DNA of 64,000 bases from SAR202 cluster bacterium (GCA_009392005.1 VFHL01000005.1:49643-113642); one strand, 5' to 3'. Shown: positions 39,422 to 50,152, numbered from the stretch's first letter. Program-made: numbers and translations. Notes: generated from the sequence alone by a model not told the origin.

Positions 39422-40210
39422 ATGAGTTTGAAAGTTTCAGTCGGGTTTTGTACGAATAAGGGACCTGTTCGGGATTTGAATGAAGATGCTGGTGGTTTCA
39501 TTAGTGCAAATGAAGCATTGAATGGTGTCGATGGAGTTTTTGTTGTAGCGGATGGGCTCGGTGGCCATGATGGTGGTGAGGTCGCAAGCAAGATGGCGGT
39601 CGAAGTCGTTTTAGATGCGTACCGTAAGGATTCTAGCGATATTGGAACTCTGTTACCCATTGAAAAATCGATGGAAAAGGTGATTTATAAGGCGAACAAT
39701 GATGTCTATGAATTAAGCATGGCCTCGGTTTCTGGGGAGGCCCTACATCGAGATCCTGATAGATCAAATATGGGTACAACAGTTACGGTCGCGATTCTTT
39801 CGCGTGGCAATATAACAATTGGTCATGTTGGCGATAGCCGCGCGTATCTGAAAAGAAAAAGAAAGTTGGATTTGCTAACAGAAGACCAGAATCTTGCCGC
39901 GGAGCAGCTACGGGAGGGCGTCATTTCTTCGGATGAACTTCCTGATCATCCCTTACGCAATGTCTTGACCCAAGCGGTTGGTACCACTGAGACAGTGAAG
40001 CCGTTTGTGCTGACGAAGAAAATCCAGTCGGGAGATACACTGCTTCTTTGTTCAGATGGTCTCTATCAGGTAGTAAATGATGCGGTTTTATTGCAAATGA
40101 TTGGTGGGTCAAAGGAGAGCCAAAAGGTTGCGGATCAACTTGTGCAAAAAGCCATCGAAAGCGCAACTGCTGATAATGTAACTGCTCTTGTGGCATATAT
40201 AACCAGTTGA
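39422..40210 (+). CDS. PP2C-family Ser/Thr phosphatase
   Basis: R..NED, VADGLGGH, MGTT, HVGDSRAY, LLCSDGL and DNVT. Confidence 0.93.
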   Translation: MSLKVSVGFCTNKGPVRDLNEDAGGFISANEALNGVDGVFVVADGLGGHDGGEVASKMAVEVVLDAYRKDSSDIGTLLPIEKSMEKVIYKANNDVYELSMASVSGEALHRDPDRSNMGTTVTVAILSRGNITIGHVGDSRAYLKRKRKLDLLTEDQNLAAEQLREGVISSDELPDHPLRNVLTQAVGTTETVKPFVLTKKIQSGDTLLLCSDGLYQVVNDAVLLQMIGGSKESQKVADQLVQKAIESATADNVTALVAYITS

Positions 40211-40244
40211 AGCTGTTTTAATCTAGTCGTTGAAAGGTGCTGTT

Positions 40245-41036
40245 TTAACCACCCAAATTCAGGCCTCCATCAACGCTTATTGTTTGGCCCGTGATGTAGT
40301 TGCCAGCTTTCGATGCGAGCATGACGGCAAGTAAGCCGATTTCTCGTGGGTGCCCTGCTCGGTTTAGTGGTGTATGTGTATTTAAGATTGGATCATCTAG
40401 GTAATCATCTAAAGTTTGTGGCCATGTATCTGGAAAGAAACCTGGGGCGATGCAGTTTACTTGAATATTCGGAGCCCATTCTAATGCCAAACTTTTCGTG
40501 AAATTGTTTAAACCTGCCTTTGCGGCATTGTAGGCGCTGTTTCCAGCAGTACCTCGCGCCCCCCCAAACGATGATATAAAGATCATTTTCCCTGTTTGTT
40601 TTTCGAGAAGGTGTGGACCAATAGAACGGGCAAGGTAAAATGCTGAGTTCAAATTGATGTCTATAACTGAATGCCAAATTTCATTTGTATACTGCTCTGG
40701 GGTGCGATCCTTGTTATCCGCTGAGATTGAACCTTGGATACTATCCCCAAGAGTTGATATCACGATGTCAACGGTTTTCAATGTTTTAATGGTCTCGTTC
40801 ACTACTGAGTCAATTTGGTGTGGATCCAAAGCGTCACCGGCTAGTCCGACCGCTTTCTTGCCACGTTGCGAAGCTTCTAGAGTGAGCGCCTGAGTGGATT
40901 CTTCAGACAACGAGTTTATGACCATATTGACCCCCGCGTCTGCCAAGGCAATGACGATGCCACGGCCGATCCCACGTCCAGCACCTGTGACGAGCGCTGT
41001 TTTGCCTTCCAAGTCAAATTCTTTTAGTGCCGGCAT
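40245..41036 (-). CDS. SDR oxidoreductase
   Basis: TGAGRGIG, YNAAK and VNCIAPG. Start at 41036 after AGGAAGG. Confidence 0.9.
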   Translation of the reverse strand: MPALKEFDLEGKTALVTGAGRGIGRGIVIALADAGVNMVINSLSEESTQALTLEASQRGKKAVGLAGDALDPHQIDSVVNETIKTLKTVDIVISTLGDSIQGSISADNKDRTPEQYTNEIWHSVIDINLNSAFYLARSIGPHLLEKQTGKMIFISSFGGARGTAGNSAYNAAKAGLNNFTKSLALEWAPNIQVNCIAPGFFPDTWPQTLDDYLDDPILNTHTPLNRAGHPREIGLLAVMLASKAGNYITGQTISVDGGLNLGG

Positions 41037-41068
41037 GATACCTTCCTTTTTATAAATACTGGAATAAT

Positions 41069-42319
41069 CTAGATTTGGCGCATTGCTTTTGAGCGCCACG
41101 CCCATATAACGAGGGTTAGGAGTCCAACACTTGCACTTATATTTGTTGAACGTATGGGCCCAAGTGTCTCGGCTACAAATCCGACAATTAACATTCCGAT
41201 TGGCAGGGCGCCAATTGCCATGTTTACCATTCCCATCGCACGGCCTCGGATTTCATCCTTTACCGACAGGAGTATTATTGTTGCCTGCATAGTGCTAAAA
41301 CCTGCTATTCCAAAGCCTGCCATCATCAGGCTGAGGACAGACAACGGGAAAGAGCGCGAAAACGAGAAAATTAGCAAATTCATGAATGCGAATATTGAGC
41401 CGTATACGTAATAAGCAGAATTCCGGTGAATATGTTTTCTAGATGCAATGAACATAGACCCTAATAAAGCACCGGCTCCTTGTGCTCCACCAAGAATTCC
41501 CATTAGTGTGGCGTTCACTTCGAGTACATTTTGTGCAAATACAGGAATTAATGGTGTGTAGGAAAAAAAGAACAAATTGACCAAAACAGTTATCCCCAAC
41601 GTACCTATGGCTGCACGATTCTTCGCGATATCTTGCATGCCTTCTATAGTATTAGCAAGAGCTGTCAACAGGCTGAATTTTGTATTGACCGGGTATTTTG
41701 AGGGGCTCGTACGGCGGAGTTGCACGAAAGATACCAAGTACAAAAAAATGACTATCAAATAAGAACTGCCAGCGCCCGCTGTCCCCAATGGTACAAAATC
41801 GACGAGCGCGCCCCCAACCCATGGTCCGATCATCATGGCACCCGTCATACTCATACTTTCGAGTGCTAAAGCAAAGGGTAAATTTGATCGGTTTACGATG
41901 TCTGAGACAAAAGTTCGCCTTGCGGCCATATCTAATGTGTTTGATAAACCTATGAATCCCGTTAATGCCAAGATATGCCATGCTTGTATAAGGCCAGTAA
42001 GGATGAGCATCGTCATGGAGAGGGCGAACGTTAGATTCAGTAAGTGGATTGTGATCAGAATACGTCGTCGGTCAAAACTATCTGCAATGAGACCACTAAA
42101 CACTCCTAGAATCAGCATTGGGGCAGACCATGCAACGCCCACCAACTGAGTTTGAAATGTGGATTCAGTTAGTTGTAGCACCAAATAACCCGCAATTATC
42201 ACCCAGATCCAACGGCAAGAATGCCACGCCCAACCTGCAGTCCACAACAATTTATAATCTGGTTCATTTAAAACATCGAGAACCGGCCTACGGGCGGTAG
42301 CACGTTGGTTTTTCGACAT
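41069..42319 (-). CDS. MFS transporter
   Basis: GLIADSFDRRR and RGRAMG; about 12 TM segments. Confidence 0.88.
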   Translation of the reverse strand: MSKNQRATARRPVLDVLNEPDYKLLWTAGWAWHSCRWIWVIIAGYLVLQLTESTFQTQLVGVAWSAPMLILGVFSGLIADSFDRRRILITIHLLNLTFALSMTMLILTGLIQAWHILALTGFIGLSNTLDMAARRTFVSDIVNRSNLPFALALESMSMTGAMMIGPWVGGALVDFVPLGTAGAGSSYLIVIFLYLVSFVQLRRTSPSKYPVNTKFSLLTALANTIEGMQDIAKNRAAIGTLGITVLVNLFFFSYTPLIPVFAQNVLEVNATLMGILGGAQGAGALLGSMFIASRKHIHRNSAYYVYGSIFAFMNLLIFSFSRSFPLSVLSLMMAGFGIAGFSTMQATIILLSVKDEIRGRAMGMVNMAIGALPIGMLIVGFVAETLGPIRSTNISASVGLLTLVIWAWRSKAMRQI

Positions 42320-42499
42320 TAAGTAGTCCTCAAGGGAGCTACTTGTTCTGTACCAAATTCAGCCAACGTTCGATGTAAGGCCATTGTTGCAGGTGGTAGC
42401 ATTATTTTAAATTCAGACTGTTTAGTAGTGAAAATCATTGGAAGCACTTTCCTGAGTGTTGAAATTCGTAGGAGCTATTATTATAGATAGCGATTATAT

Positions 42500-42934
42500 C
42501 TAACCCATAAGATTTTTGATTCCGTTCAGGCCCAAGTAATATCCGTAAATACCAAATCCGTAAATAGATCCTTCACAACTTGACTGCACCTTCGATGTGA
42601 CTCCTCGCGAGGTGGGGTTAGACATGTGGATTTCAATCACTGGAATGCTGAGGTTGTTGATTGTTTCAGGAATCCGACCATCTGATTGTGTATATCCTGC
42701 CGGATTTATTAGTGCTGCATCAACTTCATTACTTTCTACTGCTAATAACTGTGTAATAATTTCATGTTCAAAGTTTGAATGGAAAATCTCGACAATAATC
42801 CTTAAATCCTTAGCGTAGCGATAAATCTCATCATTAATGTCATCTAAAGTCGCATTACCAAATAATGCTATTTGATCCTCTGTCTTACCACGCAAGTGCA
42901 TGTCAGCACCTTGTATTACAAGAACCCTTGTCAT
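42500..42934 (-). CDS. Type II 3-dehydroquinate dehydratase-like protein (divergent)
   Basis: HSNFE, INPAGYT, IEIHMSN and GFG..GY; N-terminal signature altered. Confidence 0.75.
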   Translation of the reverse strand: MTRVLVIQGADMHLRGKTEDQIALFGNATLDDINDEIYRYAKDLRIIVEIFHSNFEHEIITQLLAVESNEVDAALINPAGYTQSDGRIPETINNLSIPVIEIHMSNPTSRGVTSKVQSSCEGSIYGFGIYGYYLGLNGIKNLMG

Positions 42935-43195
42935 TTTTGGTCCCCCTGATGTTGTAAATTTGGTGTAACTTGTATCCTAGAAGACCCTGAATTAAAAAAT
43001 CGATCGGCTTTAAATGTGTTGCGAACAGGCTTGAGTTACGAAAGAGCGATATAACAAAATATAGTCGCTGGCCGACACGGATGCCACCGCATTGTTTTAG
43101 CGCCTTAATGCAGCAATTTGAAAGCGATCGGGCTTGAAGCTATCAGCAAAGAACGTAGATTGGCATCACCTTTTTAGTGCGCGCTTCCGCAGTTT

Positions 43196-44068
43196 TTATT
43201 GCTCATCATCGTCATTATCATCATCATCTTCTAAAGATTCTAGTGATAATGGTTCTTCCTCATCACTGTCGGAGTCTTCATTATCTTCGTCGTTTTCGCC
43301 ACCGTCTAACTCAGCGCTTTCATCTTCCATAGCCGCTCTTAATTCGCTTGCTCCGTATTCATGTATAAGCGAGTTTTTGGTATAAGCACGAAACCCCTCG
43401 GTACGGTAAGAGGGAAATGAAATTTGTCCGATTTGGTTCGGATCTTGATACGTTTCTTTCAAAATTACCCGTACTTCGTCGGTTGTAACCGTGACGATCC
43501 CTGCAGAATATTGGTTCCCGCCCAACATCAGCCTTATAACACGCATAGCAAGTTTGGTGTCAATGCTGCCAATATATTCTCCACTATGATTTTGCAGTTT
43601 CAGCTTGTTCTCTTCCATTATTATTGAGACATTCTCTCCACCTGCAAGACGCTGCAAGACGTTCTCTTCCCCTATTTCAGCGAGGGTAGTGACAATTGCT
43701 TTCCCTGTTTCTTCAAGGAACAAGCTCGGAATCGGTGCTGTAAGTGGATTTCTCTTTGGCTTAGTCCGCTTTCTCTTTGGCATCGCCATCAATACCTTCA
43801 AATGTTCAAGGTTGCGGCGAGCAATGGGATTGGTTGGCACAAGTTCTTGCGTTTTTTCAAATGACGCGGTTGCAGCTTCATGATCTCCTAGTTCTAAATG
43901 TGCTTTCCCTAGTCGGTTGTGAGAATCTACGTCATCAGGAAAATGCGTGAGGAGATATTCATTTGTTTCAATCGCATCACGCCACTTGCCAGTCAATGCT
44001 TGGTTAATGGCTTTTTGGGAATATTCCCAGTACATTCGAGCGCGGTTCTCTGTTCCATTGTAGGTCAT
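43196..44068 (-). CDS. TPR protein with acidic C-terminal tail
   Basis: TPR-like N-terminus (NRLGKAH.ELG..A..F), FLEETGK, and a D/E-rich tail. Confidence 0.8.
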   Translation of the reverse strand: MTYNGTENRARMYWEYSQKAINQALTGKWRDAIETNEYLLTHFPDDVDSHNRLGKAHLELGDHEAATASFEKTQELVPTNPIARRNLEHLKVLMAMPKRKRTKPKRNPLTAPIPSLFLEETGKAIVTTLAEIGEENVLQRLAGGENVSIIMEENKLKLQNHSGEYIGSIDTKLAMRVIRLMLGGNQYSAGIVTVTTDEVRVILKETYQDPNQIGQISFPSYRTEGFRAYTKNSLIHEYGASELRAAMEDESAELDGGENDEDNEDSDSDEEEPLSLESLEDDDDNDDDEQ

Positions 44069-44136
44069 CTACAAACTCCTTAGGTTCTTATCAAATAGGC
44101 TTATTTTGTATGTGGCGTTTCCAAGCTTTATCAAGA

Positions 44137-44544
44137 TTAATACTTCAAAGGTATCTTTTTATGCTCGACCATTGTACACATATCCATTACGACGTCGAGT
44201 CCTGCATCCCGCGCTATAACAGCAGCCTCGTCATTAATTATACCTTCCTGCATCCAAATCATTCCTGCTTTTACTTTGATGGCGTCTTTCGTTATTGGAA
44301 TAATCGCATTTGGCCGGCGAAAGATGTCAACTATATCAATCTGTTCCTGAACAGACAACAAGCTTGCGTGACACTTTTCTCCTAAAACCATTTGGTCAGT
44401 CAAGGCAGGATTTACTGGCACAATCTTATACCCAACCGATTGAAGATATTTGCCGACTTCATGGCTGTCACGGTCAAGGCGATCTGAAAGTCCAACAATT
44501 GCGATAACTCTTGCTTCCTCTAATATTTCTAAGTGTCGCAGCAT
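44137..44544 (-). CDS. CoA-binding protein (YccU-like)
   Basis: IAIVGLS, PVNP, DIVDIFRR, WMQEG and DMC. Confidence 0.9.
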   Translation of the reverse strand: MLRHLEILEEARVIAIVGLSDRLDRDSHEVGKYLQSVGYKIVPVNPALTDQMVLGEKCHASLLSVQEQIDIVDIFRRPNAIIPITKDAIKVKAGMIWMQEGIINDEAAVIARDAGLDVVMDMCTMVEHKKIPLKY

Positions 44545-44624
44545 TTTTCTCCTTGTTCCAATAAGTAGATTGCGTGGATTTAAACCCCAACTTCTTTAAC
44601 AAAAGTAGGCATGTTTAAAAAAAC

Positions 44625-45359
44625 TCATTTATAAGCTCCTACCCAATATCGCCATCGAATCATAATGGCATCTTTTATCATTTCCAACGAATGCTGCAAC
44701 GGTTTAACTCGACTTTCTTCTCCATACACCCATGTCACGGGCACCTCATTAATAGTAAGACGTTTTCTTTCTGCGAGGAACAACAATTCAACATCAAAAC
44801 CAAATCCATTTGTTTTCTGTTGGTTGAAAATCTCTTGTGTCGAAGATTTTCGAAACAACTTAAAGCCACATTGCGTATCTTGAAATTTCAAACCAGTCAG
44901 AACCTTGACCAGTCCGTTAAATGTTCGACCCATGATGTGCCGATATGGTGGCTCACCGATTCTCTGAGATCCCTCAACTTCTCGTGATCCGATTGCGATA
45001 TCAGGCCGTGGTTTTGAGTTCAACAAGTAATGTACATCGTCAATTGGTACCGAAAGATCTGCATCACTTAAGAGCATGTAGTCTCCGTTTGCTTCAAGCA
45101 TGCCATGTTTCACTGCATGGCCTTTGCCACGGTGTTTTAGTTTCACAATTTTAATACTTCGTTCGTTTCGTTTTGCCTCCTCGATCACTTTTAACGTGTC
45201 ATCTGTGCTGCCATCGTCAACAACAATAATTTCGGTTTTAAAAGGATTGGCGTCACAAAAATTCGCGATATGCTCCAAAGTCTTTGGTAATCGATACTCT
45301 TCATTGTATGCAGGTATGATGATCGAAAGATATGTGTGATCTTTTTTATCAGCCGGCAT
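44625..45359 (-). CDS. GT2 glycosyltransferase (polyprenol-phosphate glucosyltransferase-like)
   Basis: IIPAYNE, DDGSTD, GKG.AV, DAD, DTQCGFK and FDVE. Confidence 0.9.
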   Translation of the reverse strand: MPADKKDHTYLSIIIPAYNEEYRLPKTLEHIANFCDANPFKTEIIVVDDGSTDDTLKVIEEAKRNERSIKIVKLKHRGKGHAVKHGMLEANGDYMLLSDADLSVPIDDVHYLLNSKPRPDIAIGSREVEGSQRIGEPPYRHIMGRTFNGLVKVLTGLKFQDTQCGFKLFRKSSTQEIFNQQKTNGFGFDVELLFLAERKRLTINEVPVTWVYGEESRVKPLQHSLEMIKDAIMIRWRYWVGAYK

Positions 45360-45365
45360 CTTGAT

Positions 45366-46595
45366 TTATGATTCTTCGATGTCTGCTTCAAGTTCAAAGG
45401 CAGAATGAAGGGCGCGAATAGCCTTTTGCACGCCTTCTTCATGGATTATGCATGTAATACGGATCTCTGATGTTGTGATCATTTCGATATTCACCCCAAC
45501 TTTATTCAAGCATTCAAACATGGTGCTTGCATAACCGGGTTGACTCTGCATACCAGCGCCTACAACACTAACTTTGGCTAAGTTTGTATTGCTAGTGAGG
45601 CTGCTTGCGCCAATTGTTTTGGTGATCGGATTTATTACTGCTAAGGCTTCATCTAGAGATGATCGCTCCACTGTAAAAGAAAGGTCAGTAAGTTTATCTA
45701 CGCTGCTATTTTGCACAATTATGTCCACACTGATGCCTGCATCTGATAGAGGGCTAAAGATACTTGCAGCGATTCCAGGGTGGTCAGGAACACCCAGAAT
45801 TGTGACTTTAGTTACGTCCAAATCATGAGCTATCCCTTTAACTTTATCCTTCATCTCCATATTACGCCCTCCGTGTATAAGCGTGCCCTGTTTTTCAGTA
45901 AAACTGGAAGCAACAAGTATTGGTACATTGTAGACCCAAGCGAGTTCAACAGCTCTTGAGTGTAAGACGCGCGCTCCATGATTGGCCAATTCAGCCATCT
46001 CTTCAAAATTCAGTTCGATTAGTTGTCTGGCTTTTGGTTCTATCCTTGGGTCTGCAGTGTATACACCTTCAACATCAGTGTAAATTTCACATACATCCGC
46101 TCCAAGTTTGGCTGCTAATGCAACCGCTGTCGTATCCGATCCCCCTCTTCCAACCGTCGTGATATCTAACCCTTCGGATATTCCTTGAAATCCAGCAACG
46201 ACTACTATTTTCCCAGTTTCTAGGTTTTCATGAATTCTAGAGGGATCAATCTCTTGTATCTGGGCACGTCTATGTTCTCTAGTCGTTTGGATACCCGCTT
46301 GGTTTCCGTCAAGGCCAATAGCATCGTATCCAATAGCTTTCAGGGCCATTGTGAGAAGTGCTGTCGAGACTATTTCTCCTGTTGACAAAAGCATGTCCAT
46401 CTCGCGTGGTGGTGGAGCGTCTGTGAGTTGATCAGCTAGAACGGTTAAAGTGTCTGTAGAGTCCCCCATAGCTGACACAACAACTACGACTCCATCGCCA
46501 GTGTCTTTTCGATCTGCTATTCGGCGTGCCACACTTTTTATACGGTCTGGTGTCGCTACGGAAGAGCCTCCATATTTTTGTACGATAATTGACAA
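45366..46595 (-). CDS. lysC: Aspartate kinase
   Basis: QKYGGSSV, SAMG, GRGGSDTTA and TDVEGVYTADP; two ACT domains. Confidence 0.95.
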   Translation of the reverse strand: MSIIVQKYGGSSVATPDRIKSVARRIADRKDTGDGVVVVVSAMGDSTDTLTVLADQLTDAPPPREMDMLLSTGEIVSTALLTMALKAIGYDAIGLDGNQAGIQTTREHRRAQIQEIDPSRIHENLETGKIVVVAGFQGISEGLDITTVGRGGSDTTAVALAAKLGADVCEIYTDVEGVYTADPRIEPKARQLIELNFEEMAELANHGARVLHSRAVELAWVYNVPILVASSFTEKQGTLIHGGRNMEMKDKVKGIAHDLDVTKVTILGVPDHPGIAASIFSPLSDAGISVDIIVQNSSVDKLTDLSFTVERSSLDEALAVINPITKTIGASSLTSNTNLAKVSVVGAGMQSQPGYASTMFECLNKVGVNIEMITTSEIRITCIIHEEGVQKAIRALHSAFELEADIEES

Positions 46596-46600
46596 TTTTC

Positions 46601-47515
46601 TTATCTCTCTGTTACCTGAGTTCCTATCTTATCTATGGCCAGAATCTGAGTAGTTCCTACTAATCCCTCTTCTTTAGCTGAGCGTTGCATGTTTTGTGCA
46701 ATTTGCCGCTCATTGTCGATTGCAATGGCTGTAACTGTGGATCCCGCTCCCGAAAGGAATGCTCCTACCGCTCCGGCGTCCGTCGATGAGGCAATAAGTG
46801 AATTAAGGCCAGGGAGGAGTTGTGTTCGATACGGTTGGTGCAATCGATCTTCCATCGCCGTTTTTAGATCTTGCCATTTGCCTGTCCTCAAGCTATTGAT
46901 AAGCAATGCGACTCTTCCTAGGTTGAATATTGCATCTTCCCGATCAACTTCTCGAGGTAGAATGGCTCTTGCATGTTCAGTTGGCATTTGTGATTCGGGC
47001 ACGAAAATCACCACACTTGGGTTTCCCTCTATCAGGACTTCTGAAGTTATGACTTCTGGTCCTTGTCCACTTTGTATAGCAATCTGGCATCCTCCCAAGA
47101 GGCCGGCTGTTACATTGTCAGGATATCCTTCGATCTGAACAGCGAGTTGCAAAAGCTCTTGGTTCGCCAAAGGATTGCCCTCCATCACGTTTGCCGCAAT
47201 AAGGCCTCCTAACGTGGCGGCACCGCTGCTGCCAAGCCCACGAGCTAAGGGTATTCGATTAATACAATCAATGTTCATTTTTTGGACCGGCCTCCCGATG
47301 GTTTCAAAAAACCTCTTAGCTGATTGGAAAATGAGGTTTTCATCATCGGTTGAAAGTTCAGCACTACCTTCACCTTGAATCCGTATTTTGTTGCTTTCAC
47401 TGGGCGTAACAGAGAGCTCATTGTAGAGATTCAGAGCGATTCCAAGGCAATCAAATCCAGAACCCATATTGGCAGAGGTAGCAGGGGTGCGAATATGTAA
47501 AAATTTTGATGCCAT
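46601..47515 (-). CDS. thrB: Homoserine kinase
   Basis: PATSANMG.GFD, IPLARGLGSS, DRLHQPYR and LSGAG. Confidence 0.95.
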   Translation of the reverse strand: MASKFLHIRTPATSANMGSGFDCLGIALNLYNELSVTPSESNKIRIQGEGSAELSTDDENLIFQSAKRFFETIGRPVQKMNIDCINRIPLARGLGSSGAATLGGLIAANVMEGNPLANQELLQLAVQIEGYPDNVTAGLLGGCQIAIQSGQGPEVITSEVLIEGNPSVVIFVPESQMPTEHARAILPREVDREDAIFNLGRVALLINSLRTGKWQDLKTAMEDRLHQPYRTQLLPGLNSLIASSTDAGAVGAFLSGAGSTVTAIAIDNERQIAQNMQRSAKEEGLVGTTQILAIDKIGTQVTER

Positions 47516-47642
47516 AGAACAGTTGCTCCATTAACCGCAGATAGAAAAAGAATTATAACAATGGTTTATCTAAGAAGTAATATAAACTATAATCGTTGCT
47601 CGGTGTTCTATTCATGATCTGTTTCCAGAACATCACTTATAT

Positions 47643-47719
47643 CGGGGAGTGGCCCAGCTTGGTAGGGCGCCGCGTTCGGGACGCGGAGGTCGGGGGTTCG
47701 AATCCCCCCTCCCCGACCA
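47643..47719 (+). tRNA. tRNA-Pro(CGG)
   Basis: CGGGGAG...; anticodon arm CCGCG-TTCGGGA-CGCGG; GTTCGAATC; CCA. Confidence 0.97.
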
Positions 47720-47780
47720 ACATGAGAGGATTGTTGTGGTCTTGAATATAAAGCGCCAATTTATGAGTGGATGTTGAAAA

Positions 47781-48575
47781 TCAAATCTCTTTAATTTCCC
47801 GAATTCTCTGGACAAGGGTTGGTAAAACTTCACCAGTTGGCCCATTAATGGTGAGGTCACAGATTTCGCTGAGAGCGGACCCCTCCGTATTAATTTCCAA
47901 AATTTGAGCACCATTCTGTTTTGCTAAAGATGGAAACGCTGCTGCCGGATACACGACTGCAGACGTCCCCAATAGAAGCATACAGTCTGCCTTTAACGTC
48001 TCTTGCTGGCAGACATGCATGACGTCTGTTGGTATCGGTTCGCCAAACATTACGGTGTCTCCCTTTACGATGCCACTACATTCTGGGCAATGCGGTGGAA
48101 CATTTTCAAGATCCGCATCTATTTCGTTCTTTTCGAACCGCATGTTGCAGTCAATACATCGCAATAAGGTTCTATTTCCATGAATTTCGGCTACATTTGT
48201 ATGGCCCGCAGCTTTGTGCAAGTTGTCCACATTTTGAGTAATTATATGTTTCAAAATGCCCATCTTTTCCATTTCTACTAAAGCGTAGTGGCCTGGATTA
48301 GGAGTTGCTGTTTCAAATGCTGCTGCCTCAGGTCGCGGTTGTTCAGTTAGGCGATTTACCCACCATTGTTTTGGATCTTGTAGTAATTGTTCGTACCCTC
48401 TGTTATCGGGTTCTCCATACTTAGTCCATAGTCCTCCTTTGCCTCTAAAAGGAGAGATACCGCTCTCCACTGACATACCTGCGCCAACTAGAGCAACAAC
48501 ATATTGTGATTCACATATTAATTCTGCAGTTTGATCGATTATGTGTTCTATCTGTTCCGATAAAGAGAAATCCAT
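47781..48575 (-). CDS. Sir2-family NAD-dependent deacylase
   Basis: [21 protein letters not shown]..CxxC..CxxC and GTS.VVYPA. Confidence 0.93.
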   Translation of the reverse strand: MDFSLSEQIEHIIDQTAELICESQYVVALVGAGMSVESGISPFRGKGGLWTKYGEPDNRGYEQLLQDPKQWWVNRLTEQPRPEAAAFETATPNPGHYALVEMEKMGILKHIITQNVDNLHKAAGHTNVAEIHGNRTLLRCIDCNMRFEKNEIDADLENVPPHCPECSGIVKGDTVMFGEPIPTDVMHVCQQETLKADCMLLLGTSAVVYPAAAFPSLAKQNGAQILEINTEGSALSEICDLTINGPTGEVLPTLVQRIREIKEI

Positions 48576-48676
48576 GCTGCCACTCCTAACTAGCTGTGGA
48601 AACTTTTCCTATCCTAGGTCACGAAATGAGTAAATGAGTACAAAACCTAATAAATACTAAGTACTCTCAGAATAAA

Positions 48677-48714
48677 TTTACGTGAATGTAACATGAATGT
48701 AGCACACGCGAAAC
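48677..48714 (+). promoter_or_regulatory. Putative GlnR-type operator upstream of amtB
   Basis: TTTAC-n6-GTAAC-n6-GTAGC-n6-GAAAC, with exact 11-bp phasing. Confidence 0.65.
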
Positions 48715-48797
48715 ATTCAACCTGTATGTTCAACTCTCCAATACGTTAAGTTGGAGCAGGTTCCTTTAGGAAAAATTTCGGAAGACAAGGAGAAATT

Positions 48798-50015
48798 ATG
48801 GACAGTGGACACACTGCTTGGGTACTAGTTGCATCTGCTTTGGTGTTTTTTATGACACCCGGGCTCGCGTTTTTCTATGGTGGGTTGGTGCGAGCAAAAA
48901 ATGTGGTTAATACGATCATGTACAGTTTTATGTCTATCGCCGTTGTGAGTATTGTCTGGGTTCTTTGGGGCTACAGTCTTGCATTTACCGATGGCGGCGG
49001 ATTGAACCAATGGGTTGGAGGCTTTAGCGCTTTTGGGTTGAGTGGTATCGGCGTTGATGCTGATGCCGGTGGATTTCCAGAATTGGCATTCATTTGTTTC
49101 CAACTAATGTTTGCGATTATTACTCCTGCACTCATAACAGGAGCATTCGTTGAGCGATTCAAATTTACTACCTATTTGGTTTTCCTTGTGTTTTGGATAA
49201 CGCTCGTTTACGCACCCGTTTGTCATTGGGTGTGGGGCGGAGGTTGGATCGCTGATCTTGGTGCACTTGATTTTGCCGGAGGTACGGTAATTCATGTGAA
49301 CGCTGGTATAGCTGCTGTTGCGGCGGCCATGCTCGTTGGGAAGCGAAGAAATCCAGGAGTCGAGCCACACAATGTTCCATATGTTGTTTTGGGGGCTGCG
49401 ATTCTCTGGTTCGGATGGTTTGGATTCAATGCAGGTTCTGAACTTGCAGCTGATGGTGTCGCAGCGAGTGCATTTCTTGTAACGAACACAGCGGCGGCGG
49501 CGGCGGCATTAACGTGGGGAATCATTTCACAAATACGGACAGGTAAAATGGGTGCTGTTGGTGTCGCAACGGGCGCAGTCGCTGGCCTGGTTGCCATTAC
49601 ACCTGCATCTGGGTTTGTTGGGATATATGGAGCACTGGCGATTGGCATTGGCGCTGGGGTCATATGCTTTATCTGCCTTGAATTAATGGAACGATCTGGC
49701 CTTGATGATGCTCTCGCCGTTTTTGCTGTTCACGGTGTAGGTGGCGCATGGGGTGCAGTAGCGACAGGCATATTCTGCACTGCAGCTATAGGTGGGACCG
49801 CAGGACTAATTGATGGAAACGCAGGGCAGGTTGGTATTCAGGTTGCTTCTGTCCTAGCGACTACTGCGTACTCTTTTGTTTTGACAATAGCGATACTGTT
49901 TGTTTTGGATAAAGTCCCGGGACTTGGCCTTCGAGTTTCTGAGCCTGATGAAGATGTTGGTTTAGATCTGGCTGCTCATGGTGAACGAGGAACAGTGGGT
50001 GATGGTGCTGATTAG
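48798..50015 (+). CDS. amtB: Ammonium transporter
   Basis: MTPGLAFFYGG, DFAGGTVIH, WFGWFGFN, AGLVAITP and twin His (VHGVGG). Confidence 0.97.
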   Translation: MDSGHTAWVLVASALVFFMTPGLAFFYGGLVRAKNVVNTIMYSFMSIAVVSIVWVLWGYSLAFTDGGGLNQWVGGFSAFGLSGIGVDADAGGFPELAFICFQLMFAIITPALITGAFVERFKFTTYLVFLVFWITLVYAPVCHWVWGGGWIADLGALDFAGGTVIHVNAGIAAVAAAMLVGKRRNPGVEPHNVPYVVLGAAILWFGWFGFNAGSELAADGVAASAFLVTNTAAAAAALTWGIISQIRTGKMGAVGVATGAVAGLVAITPASGFVGIYGALAIGIGAGVICFICLELMERSGLDDALAVFAVHGVGGAWGAVATGIFCTAAIGGTAGLIDGNAGQVGIQVASVLATTAYSFVLTIAILFVLDKVPGLGLRVSEPDEDVGLDLAAHGERGTVGDGAD

Positions 50016-50066
50016 CACGAACTGAAAAGTAGTAGCAGTAAAGATTCTAGAATGTATTGTAGTTAA

Positions 50067-50105
50067 ACCGGTTCCAGATACCTTTGGGGTTTTCCTGGAA
50101 CCGGT
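50067..50105. other. Perfect 11-bp inverted repeat between amtB and glnK
   Basis: ACCGGTTCCAG-N17-CTGGAACCGGT; no U-tract. Confidence 0.7.
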
Positions 50106-50152
50106 GGTTGAATCAGGATTTGTACAGAGGTTCTGCAAGGAGGTAAGGGGAG

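Noticed and set aside
42960-43170. Minus-strand MPIY... start resembling a decayed FmdB-type zinc-ribbon gene
   Set aside because: It stops after 7 codons and the resemblance is too weak to support.
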